Assembly: GCA_032718475.1 (NCBI GenBank)
Contig: JAUCBJ010007728.1
Location: 1 to 64,000, forward strand
Direction: 5' to 3'
Source of the DNA: Nemertoderma westbladi
Lineage: Eukaryota > Animalia > Xenacoelomorpha
Length of the DNA stretch: 64,000 bases
The notes under the pieces are model-generated. The model saw only the letters and a program-made list of their open reading frames with translations. It did no database searches and was not told the DNA's origin. This document shows, in pieces, positions 9,991-24,900 of the stretch. Within the stretch, counting starts at the first letter, position 1, and each line of letters starts with the position of its first letter. A program made the position numbers and the translations under genes.

Positions 9991-12900
9991 ATCTCCCTGT
10001 TAATATTGTTGTGTTCTAGAATATTTATTATGGTTTCATCGTATTGCCAAAGTGACTAGAGCTGAAGTTGACTCACAATACAACAATTCACCTCAAATAT
10101 CTCAGCTATTTCATGAACATAATGAAGTATTAAAGCCATGTCGAAATCCTTTGTGTTTTTCTGCAATAATTTATCAAAATATCCTCTGTTTTTGTACAAA
10201 AACCATATCGATTTTCATATTTATAACTTCTAACCCACTCCAAGAGATAGAGAATCTTAAATGAAAGTCACAAGAACAGGTAACACTTACATTTATAGCA
10301 GTAATAAGCTGTTATATGCTATGTCTTTCCGATGGAGATGGATGAATTTTGATTGTGTCAGAACACCGCCTATCTGTGGCTGTCTAAGTGGAGAGATAAG
10401 TATCCTATTTCCGTGTTAATATTGTTGTGTTCTAGAATATTTATTATAGTTTCATCGTATGCTAAAGTGGCTGGAGTTAAATTTATTATGTAATGCAATA
10501 ATTCACCTCAAATATCACAGCTATTTCATGAACATAATGAAGTATTAAAGCCATGTCAAAATACTTGGTGTTTTTCTGTAATAATTTATCAAAATATCCT
10601 CATATTTTTTATCGATTTTCTTATTTATATCTTCTATCCCACTCCACGAGATAGAGAATCTTAAATGAAAGTCAAAAGAACAGGTAACACTAACATTTAT
10701 AGAAGTAATCAGCTGTTATTTGCTACGTCTTTCCGCTGAAGATGAATGAATTTTGATTGTGTCAGAACACCTCCTATCTGTGGTTGTATGAGTGGAGAGA
10801 TAAGTAGCCTATCTTCCTATTAATATTGTTGTGTTCTAGAATATTTTTTATAGTTTCATCGTATTGCCAAAGTTACTGGAGCTAAAGTTATTATGTAATG
10901 CAATAATTCACCTCAAATATCTCAACTATTTCATGAACATAATGAAGTATTAAAGCCATGTCAAAATCATAGGTGTTTTTCTGCAATAATATATCAAAAT
11001 ATCATCTGATTTTTTATAAAAACTATATCGATTTTCATATTTATAACTTCTATCCCACTCCATGAGATAGAGAATCTTAAATGAACGTCAAAAGAACAGG
11101 TAACACTTACATTTATAGCAGTAATCAGCTGTTATTTGCTACGTCTTTCCGCTGGAGATGGATGAATTTTGATTGCGTTGGAACACCCCCTATCTGTGGC
11201 TGTCTGAGTGGAGAGATAAGTAGCCTATCTCCCTGTTAACATTGTTGTGTTCTAGAATATTTATTATGGTTTCATCGTATTGCCAAAGTGACTAGAGCTG
11301 AAGTTGACTCATAATACAACAATTCACCTCAAATATCTCAGCTATTTCATGAACATAATGAAGTATTAAAGCCATGTCGAAATCCTTTGTGTTTTTCTGC
11401 AATAATTTATCAAAATATCCTCTGTTTTTGTACAAAAACCATATCGATTTTCATATTTATAACTTCTAACCCACTCCAAGAGATAGAGAATCTTAAATGA
11501 AAGTCACAAGAACAGGTAACACTTACATTTATAGCAGTAATAAGCTGTTATATGCTACGTCTTTCCGCTGGAGATGGATGAATTTTGATTGCGTTGGAAC
11601 ACCCCCTATCTGTGGCTGTCTGAGTGGAGAGATAAGTAGCCTATCTCCCTGTTAATATTGTTGTGTTCTAGAATATTTATCATGGTTTCATCGTATTGCC
11701 AAAGTGACTAGAGCTGAAGTTGACTCATAATACAACAATTCACCTCAAATATATCAGCTATTTCATGAACATAATGAAGTATTAAAGCCATGTCGAAATC
11801 CTTGGTGTTTTTCTGCAATAATTTATCAAAATATCCTCTGTTTTTTTACAAAAACCACATCGATTTTCATATTTATAACTTCTAACCCACTCCAAGAGAT
11901 AGAGAATCTTAAATGAAAGTCACAAGAACAGGTAACACTTAGTGTGTTCTAGAATATTTATTATTGTTTCATCGTATTGCTAAAGTGGCTGGAGCTAAAG
12001 TTATTATGTAATGCAATAATTCACCTCAAATATCTCAGCTATTTCATGAACATAATGAAGTATTAAAGCCATGTCAAAATCATTGGTGTTTTTCTGCAAT
12101 AATTTATCAAAATATCCTCTGATTTTTTTCAAAAACCATACCGATTTTCTTATTTATATCTTCTAACCCACTCCACGAGATAGAGAATCTTAAATGAAAG
12201 TCAAAAGAACAGGCAACACTTACATTTATAGAAGTAATCAGCTGTTATTTGCTACGTCTTTCCGCTGAAGATGAATGAATTTTGATTGTTTCAGAACACC
12301 TCCTATCTGTGGTTGTATGAGTGGAGAGATAAGTAGCCTATCTCCCTATTAATATTGTTGTGTTCTAGAATATTTTTTATAGTTTCATCATATTGCCAAA
12401 GTGACTGGAGCTAAAGTTATTATGTCATGCAATAATTCACCTCAAATATCTCAGCTATTTCATGAACATAATGAAGTATTAAAGCCATGTTAAAATCATT
12501 GGTGTTTTTCTGCAATAATATATCAAAATATCCTCTGATTTTTTTCAAAAACCATATTGATTTTCATATTTATAACTTCTATCCCACTCCACGAGATAGA
12601 GAATCTTAAATGAACGTCAAAAGAACAGGTAACACTTACATTTATAGCAGTAATCAGCTGTTATATGCTACGTATTTCGGCTGGAGATGAATGAATTTTG
12701 ATTGCGTTGGAACAACCCCTATCTGTGGCTGTCTGAGTGGAGAGATAAGTAGCCTATCTCCCTGTTAATATTGTTGTGTTCTAGAATATTTATTATGGTT
12801 TCATCGTATTGCCAAAGTGACTAGAGCTGAAGTTGACTCATAATACAACAATTCACCTCAAATATCTCAGCTATTTCATGAACATAATGAAGTATTAAAG

Positions 12901-15900
12901 CCATGTCGAAATCCTTTGTGTTTTTTTGCAATAATTTATCAAAATATCCTCTGTTTTTGTACAAAAACCATATCGATTTTCATATTTATAACTTCTAACC
13001 CACTCCAAGAGATAGAGAATCTTAAATGAAAGTCACAAGAACAGGTAACACTTACATTTATAGCAGTAATAAGCTGTTATATGCTACGTCTTTCCGCTGG
13101 AGATGGATGAATTTTGATTGCGTTGGAACACCCCCTATCTGTGGCTGTCTGAGTGGAGAGATAAGTAGCCTATCTCCCTGTTAATATTGTTGTGTTCTAG
13201 AATATTTATCATGGTTTCATCGTATTGCCAAAGTGACTAGAGCTGAAGTTGACTCATAATACAACAATTCACCTCAAATATATCAGCTATTTCATGAACA
13301 TAATGAAGTATTAAAGCCATGTCGAAATCCTTGGTGTTTTTCTGCAATAATTTATCAAAATATCCTCATATTTTTTATCGATTTTCTTATTTATATCTTC
13401 TATCCCACTCCACGAGATAGAGAATCTTAAATGAAAGTCACAAGAACAGGTAACACTTACATTTATAGAAGTAATCAGCTGTTATTTGCTACGTCTTTCC
13501 GCTGAAGATGAATGAATTTTGATTGTGTCAGAACACCTCCTATCTGTGGTTGTATGAGTGGAGAGATAAGTAGCCTATCTTCCTATTAATATTGTTGTGT
13601 TCTAGAATATTTTTTATAGTTTCATCATATTGCCAAAGTGACTGGAGCTAAAGTTATTATGTCATGCAATAATTCACCTCAAATATCTCAACTATTTCAT
13701 GAACATAATGAAGTATTAAAGCCATGTCAAAATCATTGGTGTTTTTCTGCAATAATATATCAAAATATCATCTGATTTTTTACAAAAACCATATTGATTT
13801 TCATATTTATAACTTCTATCCCACTCCACGAGATAGAGAATCTTAAATGAACGTCAAAAGAACAGGTAACACTTACATTTATAGCAGTAATCAGCTGTTA
13901 TATGCTACGTATTTCGGCTGGAGATGAATGAATTTTGATTGCGTTGGAACAACCCCTATCTGTGGCTGTCTGAGTGGAGAGATAAGTAGCCTATCTCCTT
14001 GTTAATATTGTTGTGTTCTAGAATATTTATTATAGTTTCATCGTATTGCCAAAGTGACTAGAGGTGAAGTTGACTCATAATACAATAATTCACTACAAAT
14101 ATTTCAGCTATTTCATGAACATAATGAAGTATTAAAGCCATCTCGAAATAATTGGTGTTTTTCTGCAATAATTTATCAAAATATCCTCTGTTTTTTTACA
14201 AAAACCACATCGAGTTTCATATTTATAACTTCTAACCCACTCCAAGAGATAGAGAATCTTAAATGAAAGTCACAAGAACAGGTAACACTTACATTTATAG
14301 CAGTAATAAGCTGTTATATGCTACGTCTTTCCGCTGGAGATGGATGAATTTTGATTGTGTCAGAACAGCGCCTATCTGTGGCTGTCTAAGTGGAGAGATA
14401 AGTATCCTATCTCCTTGTTAATATTGTTGTGTTCTAGAATATTTATTATAGTTTCATCGTATTGCCAAAGTGACTAGAGCTGAAGTTGACTCATAATACA
14501 ATAATTCACCTCAAATATCTCAGCTATTTCATGAACATACTGAAGTATTAAAGCCATCTCGAAATCCTTGGTGTTTTTCTGCAATAATATATCAGAATAT
14601 CCTCTGTTTTTTTACAAAAACCATATCGATTTTCATATTTATAACTTCTAACCCACTCCAAGAGATAGATAATGTTAAATGAACGTCAAAAGAACAGGTA
14701 ACACTTACATTTATAGAAGTAATCAGCTGTTATTTGCTATGTCTTTCCGCTGGAGATGGATGAATTTTGATTGTGTCAGAACACCGCCTATCTGTGGCTG
14801 TCTAAGTGGAGAGATAAGTTCTTATTTCCGTGTTAATATTGTTGTGTTCTAGAATATTTATTATAGTTTCATCGTATTGCTAAAGTGGCTGGAGCTAAAG
14901 TTATTATGTAATGCAATAATTCACCTCAAATATCACAGCTATTTCATGAACATAATGAAGTATTAAAGCCATGTCAAAATATTTGGTGTTTTTCTGTAAT
15001 AATTTATCAAAATATCCTCATATTTTTTATCGATTTTCTTATTTATATCTTCTATCCCACTCCACGAGATAGAGAATCTTAAATGAAAGTCAAAAGAACA
15101 GGTAACACTTACATTTATAGAAGTAATCAGCTGTTATTTGCTACGTCTTTCCGCTGAAGATGAATGAATTTTGATTTTGTCAGAAAACCCCCTATATGTG
15201 GTTGTATGAGTGGAGAGATAAGTAGCCTATCTCCCTATTAATATTGTTGTGTTCTAGAATATTTATTATTGTTTCATCGTATTGCTAAAGTGGCTGGAGC
15301 TAAAGTTATTATGTAATGAAATAATTCACCTCAAATATCTCAGCTATTTCAAGAACATAATGAAGTATTAAAGCCATGTCAAAATAATTGGTGTTTTTCT
15401 GCAATAATTTATCAAAATATCTTCTGATTTTTTACAAAAACCATATCGATTTTCATATTTATATCTTCTAACCCACTACACGAAATAGAGAATCTTAAAT
15501 GAAAGTCAAAATAACAGGTAACACTTACATTTATAGAAGTAATCAGCTGTTATTTGCTACGTCTTTCCGCTGAAGATGAATGAATTTTGATTGTGTCAGA
15601 AAACCCCCTATCTGTGGTTGTATGAGTGGAGATATAAGTAGCCTATCTCCCTATTAATATTGTTGTGTTCTAGAATATTTATTATGGTTTCATCGTATTG
15701 CCAAAGTGACTAGAGCTGAAATTGACTCATAATACAACAATTCACCTCAAATATCTCAGCTATTTCATAAACATAATGAAGTATTAAAGCCATGTCGAAA
15801 TCCTTGGTGTTTTTCTGCAATAATTTATCAAAATATCCTCTGTTTTTTTACAAAAACCACATCGAGTTTCATATTTATAACTTCTAACCCACTCCAAGAG

Positions 15901-18900
15901 ATAGAGAATCTTAAATGAAAGTCACAAGAACAGGTAACACTTACATTTATAGCAGTAATAAGCTGTTATATGCTACGTCTTTCCGCTGGAGATGGATGAA
16001 TTTTGATTGTGTCAGAACAGCGCCTATCTGTGGCTGTCTAAGTGGAGAGATAAGTATCCTATTTCCGTGTTAATATTGTTGTGTTCTAGAATATTTATTA
16101 TAGTTTCATCGTATTGCTAAAGTGGCTGGAGCTAAAGTTATTATGTAATGCAATAATTCACCTCAAATATCACAGCTATTTCATGAACATAATGAAGTAT
16201 TAAAGCCATGTCAAAATACTTGGTGTTTTTCTGTAATAATTTATCAAAACATCCTCATATTTTTTATCGATTTTCTTATTTATATCTTCTATCCCACTCC
16301 ACGAGATAGAGAATCTTAAATGAAAGTCAAAAGAACAGGTAACACTTCTTACATTTATAGAAGTAATCAGCTGTTATTTGCTACGTCTTTCCGCTGAAGA
16401 TGAATGAATTTTGATTTTGTCAGAAAACCCCCTATCTGTGGTTGTATGAGTGGAGAGATAAGTAGCCTATCTCCCTATTAATATTGTTGTGTTCTAGAAT
16501 ATTTATTATTGTTTCATCGTATTGCTAAAGTGGCTGGAGCTAAAGTTATTATGTAATGAAATAATTCACCTCAAATATCTCAGCTATTTCAAGATCATAA
16601 TGAAGTATTAAAGCCATGTCAAAATAATTGGTGTTTTTCTGCAATAATTTATCAAAATATCTTCTGATTTTTTACAAAAACCATATCGATTTTCATATTT
16701 ATATCTTCTAACCCACTACACGAAATAGAGAATCTTAAATGAAAGTCAAAATAACAGGTAACACTTACATTTATAGAAGTAATCAGCTGTTATTTGCTAC
16801 GTCTTTCCGCTGAAGATGAATGAATTTTGATTGTGTCAGAAAACCCCCTATCTGTGGTTGTATGAGTGGAGATATAAGTAGCCTATCTCCCTATTAATAT
16901 TGTTGTGTTCTAGAATATTTATTATGGTTTCATCGTATTGCCAAAGTGACTAGAGCTGAAATTGACTCATAATACAACAATTCACCTCAAATATCTCACC
17001 TATTTCATAAACATAATGAAGTATTAAAGCCATGTCGAAATCCTTGGTGTTTTTCTGCAATAATTAATCAAAATATCCTCTGTTTTTTTACAAAAACCAC
17101 ATCGAGTTTCATATTTATAACTTCTAACCCACTCCAAGAGATAGATAATCTTAAATGAAAGTCACAAGAACAGGTAACACTTACATTTATAGCAGTAATA
17201 AGCTGTTATATGCTACGTCTTTCCGCTGGAGATGGATGAATTTTGATTGTGTCAGAACAGCGCCTATCTGTGGCTGTCTAAGTGGAGAGATAAGTATCCT
17301 ATTTCCGTGTTAATATTGTTGTGTTCTAGAATATTTATTATAGTTTCATCGTATTGCTAAAGTGGCTGGAGCTAAAGTTATTATGTAATGCAATAATTCA
17401 CCTCAAATATCTCAGCTATTTCATGAACATAATGAAGACATAGTGGAGAGATAAGTAGCCTATCTCCTTGTTAATATTGTTGTGTTCTAGAATATTTATT
17501 ATAGTTTCATCGTATTGCCAAAGTGACTAGAGCTGAAGTTGACTCATAATACAATAATTCACCTCAAATATCTCAGCTATTTCATGAACATAATGAAGTA
17601 TTAAAGCCATCTCGAAATCCTTGGTGTTTTTCTGCAATAATTTATCAGAATATCCTCTGTTTTTTTACAAAAACCATATCGATTTTCATATTTATAACTT
17701 CAATAGAGACTTCAATAAAATTCAATAGAGAATCTTAAATGAAAGTCACAAGAACAGGTAACACTTACATTTATAGAAGTAATCAGCTGTTATTTGCTAT
17801 GTCTTTCCGCTGAGGATGAATGAATTTTGATTGTGTCAGAACACCCCCTATCTGTGGCTGTCTGAGTGGAGAGATAAGTAGCCTATCTCCTTGTTAATAT
17901 TGTTGTGTTCTAGAATATTTATTATAGTTTCATCGTATTGCCAAAGTGACTAGAGCTGAAGTTGACTCATAATACAATAATTAACCTCAAATATCTCAGC
18001 TATTTCATGAACATACTGAAGTATTAAAGCCATCTCGAAATCCTTGGTGTTTTTCTGCAATAATATATCAGAATATCCTCTGTTTTTTTACAAAAACCAT
18101 ATCGATTTTCATATTTATAACTTCTAACCCACTCCAAGAGATAGATAATGTTAAATGAACGTCAAAAGAACAGGTAACACTTACATTTATAGAAGTAATC
18201 AGCTGTTATTTGCTATGTCTTTCCGCTGAGGATGAATGAATTTTGATTGTGTCAGAACACCCACTATCTGTGGCTGTCTGAGTGGAGAGATAAGTAGCCT
18301 ATCTCCCTGTTAATACTGTTGTGTTCTAGAATATTTATTATGGTTTCATCGTATTGCCAAAGTGACTAGAGCTGAAGTTGACTCATAATACAACAATTCA
18401 CCTCAAATATCTCAGCTATTTCATAAACATAATGAAGTATTAAAGCCATGTCGAAATCCTTGGTGTTTTTCTGCAATAATTTATCAAAATATCCTCTGTT
18501 TTTTTACAAAAACCACATCGAGTTTCATATTTATAACTTCTAACCCACTCCAAGAGATAGAGAATCTTAAATGAAAGTCACAAGACAGGTAACACTTACA
18601 TTTATAGCAGTAATAAGCTGTTATATGCTACGTCTTTCCGCTGGAGATGGATGAATTTTGATTGTGTCAGAACACCTCCTATCTGTGGTTGTATGAGTGG
18701 AGAGATAAGTAGCCTATCTCCCTATTAATATTGTTTTGTTCTAGAATATTTTTTATAGTTTCATCGTATTGCCAAAGTGACTGGAGCTAAAGTTATTATG
18801 TAATGCAATAATTCACCTCAAATATCTCAGCTATTTCATGAACATAATGAAGTATTAAAGCCATGTCAAAATCATTGGTGTTTTTCTGCAATAATTTATC

Positions 18901-21900
18901 AAAATATCCTCTGATTTTTTTTCAAAAACCATACCGATTTTCATATTTATAACTTCTATCCCCCTCCACGAGATAGAGAATCTTAAATGAACGTCAAAAG
19001 AAAGGTAACACTTACATTTATAGCAGTAATCAGCTGTTATATGCTACGTATTACCGCTAGAGATGAATGAATTTTGATTGCGTTGGAACAACCCCTATCT
19101 GTGGCTGTCTGAGTGGAGAGATAAGTAGCCTATCTCCCTGTTAATATTGTTGTGTTCTAGAATATTTATTATGGTTTCATCGCATTGCCAAAGTGACTAG
19201 AGCTGAAGTTGACTCATAATACAACAATTCACCTCAAATATCTCAGCTATTTCATGAACATAATGAAGTATTAAAGCCATGTCAAAATCATTGATTTTTT
19301 TCAAAAACCATATCGATTTTCTTATTTATATCTTCTAACCCACTCCACGAGATAGAGAATCTTAAATGAAAGTCAAAAGAACAGGTAACACTTACATTTA
19401 TAGAAGTAATCAGCTGTTATTTGCTACGTATTTCCGCAGAAGATGAATGAATTTTGATTGTGTCAGAACACCTCCTATCTGTGGTTGTATGAGTGGAGAG
19501 ATAAGTAGCCTATCTCCCTATTAATATTGTTGTGTTCTAGAATATTTTTTATAGTTTCATCGTATTGCCAAAGTGACTGGAGCTAAAGTTATTATGTAAT
19601 GCAATAATTCACCTCAAATATCTCAGCTATTTCATAAACATAATGAAGTATTAAAGCCATGTCAAAATCATTGGTGTTTTTCTGCAATAATTTATCAAAA
19701 TATCCTCTGATTTTTTTCAAAAACCATATCGATTTTCATATTTATAACTTCTATCCCACTCCACGAGATAGAGAATCTTAAATGAACGTCAAAAGAACAG
19801 GTAACACTTACATTTATAGCAGTAATCAGCTGTTATATGCTACGTATTTCCGCTAGAGATGAATGAATTTTGATTGCATTGGAACAACCCCTATCTGTGG
19901 CTGTCTGAGTGGAGAGATAAGTAGCCTATCTCCTTGTTAATATTGTTGTGTTCTAGAATATTTATTATAGTTTCATCGTATTGCCAAAGTGACTAGAGCT
20001 GAAGTTGACTCATAATACAATAATTCACCTCAAATATCTCAGCTATTTCATGAACATACTGAAGTATTAAAGCCATCTCGAAATCCTTGGTGTTTTTCTG
20101 CAATAATATATCAGAATATCCTCTGTTTTTTTACAAAAACCATATCGATTTTCATATTTATAACTTCTAACCCACTCCAAGAGATAGATAATGTTAAATG
20201 AACGTCAAAAGAACAGGTAACACTTACATTTATAGAAGTAATCAGCTGTTATTTGCTATGTCTTTCCGCTGGAGATGGATGAATTTTGATTGTGTCAGAA
20301 CACCGCCTATCTGTGGCTGTCTAAGTGGAGAGATAAGTTCTTATTTCCGTGTTAATATTGTTGTGTTCTAGAATATTTATTATAGTTTCATCGTATTGCT
20401 AAAGTGGCTGGAGCTAAAGTTATTATGTAATGCAATAATTCACCTCAAATATCACAGCTATTTCATGAACATAATGAAGTATTAAAGCCATGTCAAAATA
20501 TTTGGTGTTTTTCTGTAATAATTTATCAAAATATCCTCATATTTTTTATCGATTTTCTTATTTATATCTTCTATCCCTCTCCACGAGATAGAGAATCTTA
20601 AATGAAAGTCAAAAGAACAGGTAACACTTACATTTATAGAAGTAATCAGCTGTTATTTGCTACGTCTTTCCGCTGAAGATGAATGAATTTTGATTTTGTC
20701 AGAAAACCCCCTATATGTGGTTGTATGAGTGGAGAGATAAGTAGCCTATCTCCCTATTAATATTGTTGTGTTCTAGAATATTTATTATTGTTTCATCGTA
20801 TTGCTAAAGTGGCTGGAGCTAAAGTTATTATGTAATGAAATAATTCACCTCAAATATCTCAGCTATTTCAAGAACATAATGAAGTATTAAAGCCATGTCA
20901 AAATAATTGGTGTTTTTCTGCAATAATTTATCAAAATATCTTCTGATTTTTTACAAAAACCATATCGATTTTCATATTTATATCTTCTAACCCACTACAC
21001 GAAATAGAGAATCTTAAATGAAAGTCAAAATAACAGGTAACACTTACATTTATAGAAGTAATCAGCTGTTATTTGCTACGTCTTTCCGCTGAAGATGAAT
21101 GAATTTTGATTGTGTCAGAAAACCCCCTATCTGTGGTTGTATGAGTGGAGATATAAGTAGCCTATCTCCCTATTAATATTGTTGTGTTCTAGAATATTTA
21201 TTATGGTTTCATCGTATTGCCAAAGTGACTAGAGCTGAAATTGACTCATAATACAACAATTCACCTCAAATATCTCAGCTATTTCATAAACATAATGAAG
21301 TATTAAAGCCATGTCGAAATCCTTGGTGTTTTTCTGCAATAATTTATCAAAATATCCTCTGTTTTTTTACAAAAACCACATCGAGTTTCATATTTATAAC
21401 TTCTAACCCACTCCAAGAGATAGAGAATCTTAAATGAAAGTCACAAGAACAGGTAACACTTACATTTATAGCAGTAATAAGCTGTTATATGCTACGTCTT
21501 TCCGCTGGAGATGGATGAATTTTGATTGTGTCAGAACAGCGCCTATCTGTGGCTGTCTAAGTGGAGAGATAAGTATCCTATTTCCGTGTTAATATTGTTG
21601 TGTTCTAGAATATTTATTATAGTTTCATCGTATTGCTAAAGTGGCTGGAGTTAAAGTTATTATGTAATGCAATAATTCACCTCAAATATCACAGCTATTT
21701 CATGAACATAATGAAGTATTAAAGCCATGTCAAAATACTTGGTGTTTTTCTGTAATAATTTATCAAAACATCCTCATATTTTTTATCGATTTTCTTATTT
21801 ATATCTTCTATCCCACTCCATGAGATAGAGAATCTTAAATGAAAGTCAAAAGAACAGGTAACACTTACATTTATAGAAGTAATCAGCTGTTATTTGCTAC

Positions 21901-24900
21901 GTCTTTCCGCTGAAGATGAATGAATTTTGATTTTGTCAGAAAACCCCCTATCTGTGGTTGTATGAGTGGAGAGATAAGTAGCCTATCTCCCTATTAATAT
22001 TGTTGTGTTCTAGAATATTTATTATTGTTTCATCGTATTGCTAAAGTGGCTGGAGCTAAAGTTATTATGTAATGAAATAATTCACCTCAAATATCTCAGC
22101 TATTTCAAGATCATAATGAAGTATTAAAGCCATGTCAAAATAATTGGTGTTTTTCTGCAATAATTTATCAAAATATCTTCTGATTTTTTACAAAAACCAT
22201 ATCGATTTTCATATTTATATCTTCTAACCCACTACACGAAATAGAGAATCTTAAATGAAAGTCAAAATAACAGGTAACACTTACATTTATAGAAGTAATC
22301 AGCTGTTATTTGCTACGTCTTTCCGCTGAAGATGAATGAATTTTGATTGTGTCAGAAAACCCCCTATCTGTGGTTGTATGAGTGGAGATATAAGTAGCCT
22401 ATCTCCCTATTAATATTGTTGTGTTCTAGAATATTTATTATGGTTTCATCGTATTGCCAAAGTGACTAGAGCTGAAATTGACTCATAATACAACAATTCA
22501 CCTCAAATATCTCACCTATTTCATAAACATAATGAAGTATTAAAGCCATGTCGAAATCCTTGGTGTTTTTCTGCAATAATTAATCAAAATATCCTCTGTT
22601 TTTTTACAAAAACCACATCGAGTTTCATATTTATAACTTCTAACCCACTCCAAGAGATAGATAATCTTAAATGAAAGACACAAGAACAGGTAACACTTAC
22701 ATTTATAGCAGTAATAAGCTGTTATATGCTACGTCTTTCCGCTGGAGATGGATGAATTTTGATTGTGTCAGAACAGCGCCTATCTGTGGCTGTCTAAGTG
22801 GAGAGATAAGTATCCTATTTCCGTGTTAATATTGTTGTGTTCTAGAATATTTATTATAGTTTCATCGTATTGCTAAAGTGGCTGGAGCTAAAGTTATTAT
22901 GTAATGCAATAATTCACCTCAAATATCTCAGCTATTTCATGAACATAATGAAGACATAGTGGAGAGATAAGTAGCCTATCTCCTTGTTAATATTGTTGTG
23001 TTCTAGAATATTTATTATAGTTTCATCGTATTGCCAAAGTGACTAGAGCTGAAGTTGACTCATAATACAATAATTCACCTCAAATATCTCACCTATTTCA
23101 TGAACATAATGAAGTATTAAAGCCATCTCGAAATCCTTGGTGTTTTTCTGCAATAATTTATCAGAATATCCTCTGTTTTTTTACAAAAACCATATCGATT
23201 TTCATATTTATAACTTCTACCCCACTCCAAGAGATAGAGAATCTTAAATGAAAGTCACAAGAACAGGTAACACTTACATTTATAGAAGTAATCAGCTGTT
23301 ATTTGCTATGTCTTTCCGCTGAGGATGAATGAATTTTGATTGTGTCAGAACACCCCCTATCTGTGGTTGTATGAGTGGAGAGATAAGTAGCCTAACTCCC
23401 TATTAATATTGTTGTGTTCTAGAATATTTATTATTGTTTCATCGTATTGCTAAAGTGGCTGGAGCTAAAGTTATTATGTAATGCAATAAATCACCTCAAA
23501 TATCCCAGCTATTTCATGAACATAATGAAGTATTAAAGCCATGTCAAAATCATTGGTGTTTTTCTGCAATAATATATCAAAATATCCTCTGAATTTTTAC
23601 AAAAACCATATCGATTTTCATATTTATAACTTCTATCCCACGCCACGAGATAGAGAATCTTAAATGAACGTCAAAAGAACAGGTAACACTTACATTTATA
23701 GCAGTAATCAGCTGTTATTTGCTACGTCTTTCCGCTGGAGATGGATGAATTTTGATTGCGTTGGAACACCCCCTATCTGTGGCTGTCTGAGTGGAGAGAT
23801 AAGTAGCCTATCTCCCTGTTAATATTGTTGTGTTCTAGAATATTTATTATGGTTTCATCGTATTGCCAAAGTGACTAGAGCTGAAGTTGACTCATAATAC
23901 AACAATTCACCTCAAATATCTCAGCTATTTCATAAACATAATGAAGTATTAAAGCCATGTCGAAATCCTTGGCGTTTTTCTGCAATAATTTATCAAAATA
24001 TCCTCTGTTTTTTTACAAAAACCACATCGAGTTTCATATTTATAACTTCTAACCCACTCCAAGAGATAGAGAATCTTAAATGAAAGTCACAAGAACAGGT
24101 AACACTTACATTTATAGCAGTAATAAGCTGTTATATGCTACGTCTTTCCGCTGGAGATGGATGAATTTTGATTGTGTCAGAACAGCGCCTATCTGTGGCT
24201 GTCTAAGTGGAGAGATAAGTATCCTATTTCCGTGTTAATATTGTTGTGTTCTAGAATATTTATTATAGTTTCATCGTATTGCTAAAGTGGCTGGAGCTAA
24301 AGTTATTATGTAATGCAATAATTCACCTCAAATATCACAGCTATTTCATGAACATAATGAAGTATTAAAGCCATGTCAAAATACTTGGTGTTTTTCTGTA
24401 ATAATTTATCAAAATATCCTCATATTTTTTATCGATTTTCTTATTCATATCTTCTATCCCACTCCACGAGATAGAGAATCTTAAATGAAAGTCAAAAGAA
24501 CAGGTAACACTTACATTTATAGAAGTAATCAGCTGTTATTTGCTACATCTTTCCGCTGAAAATGAATGAATTTTGATTGTGTCAGAACACCCCCTATCTG
24601 TGGTTGTATGAGTGGAGAGATAAGTAGCCTATCTCCCTATTAATATTGTTGTGTTCTAGAATATTTTTTATAGTTTCATCGTATTGCCAAAGTGACTGGA
24701 GGTAAAGTTATTATGTAATGCAATAATTCACCTCAAATATCTCAGCTATTTCATGAACATAATGAAGTATTAAAGCCATGTTAAAATCCTTGGTGTTTTT
24801 CTGCAATAATTTATCAAAATATCCTCTGATTTTTTACAAAAACTATATCGATTTTCATATTTATAACTTATATCCCACTCCACGAGATAGAGAATCTTAA

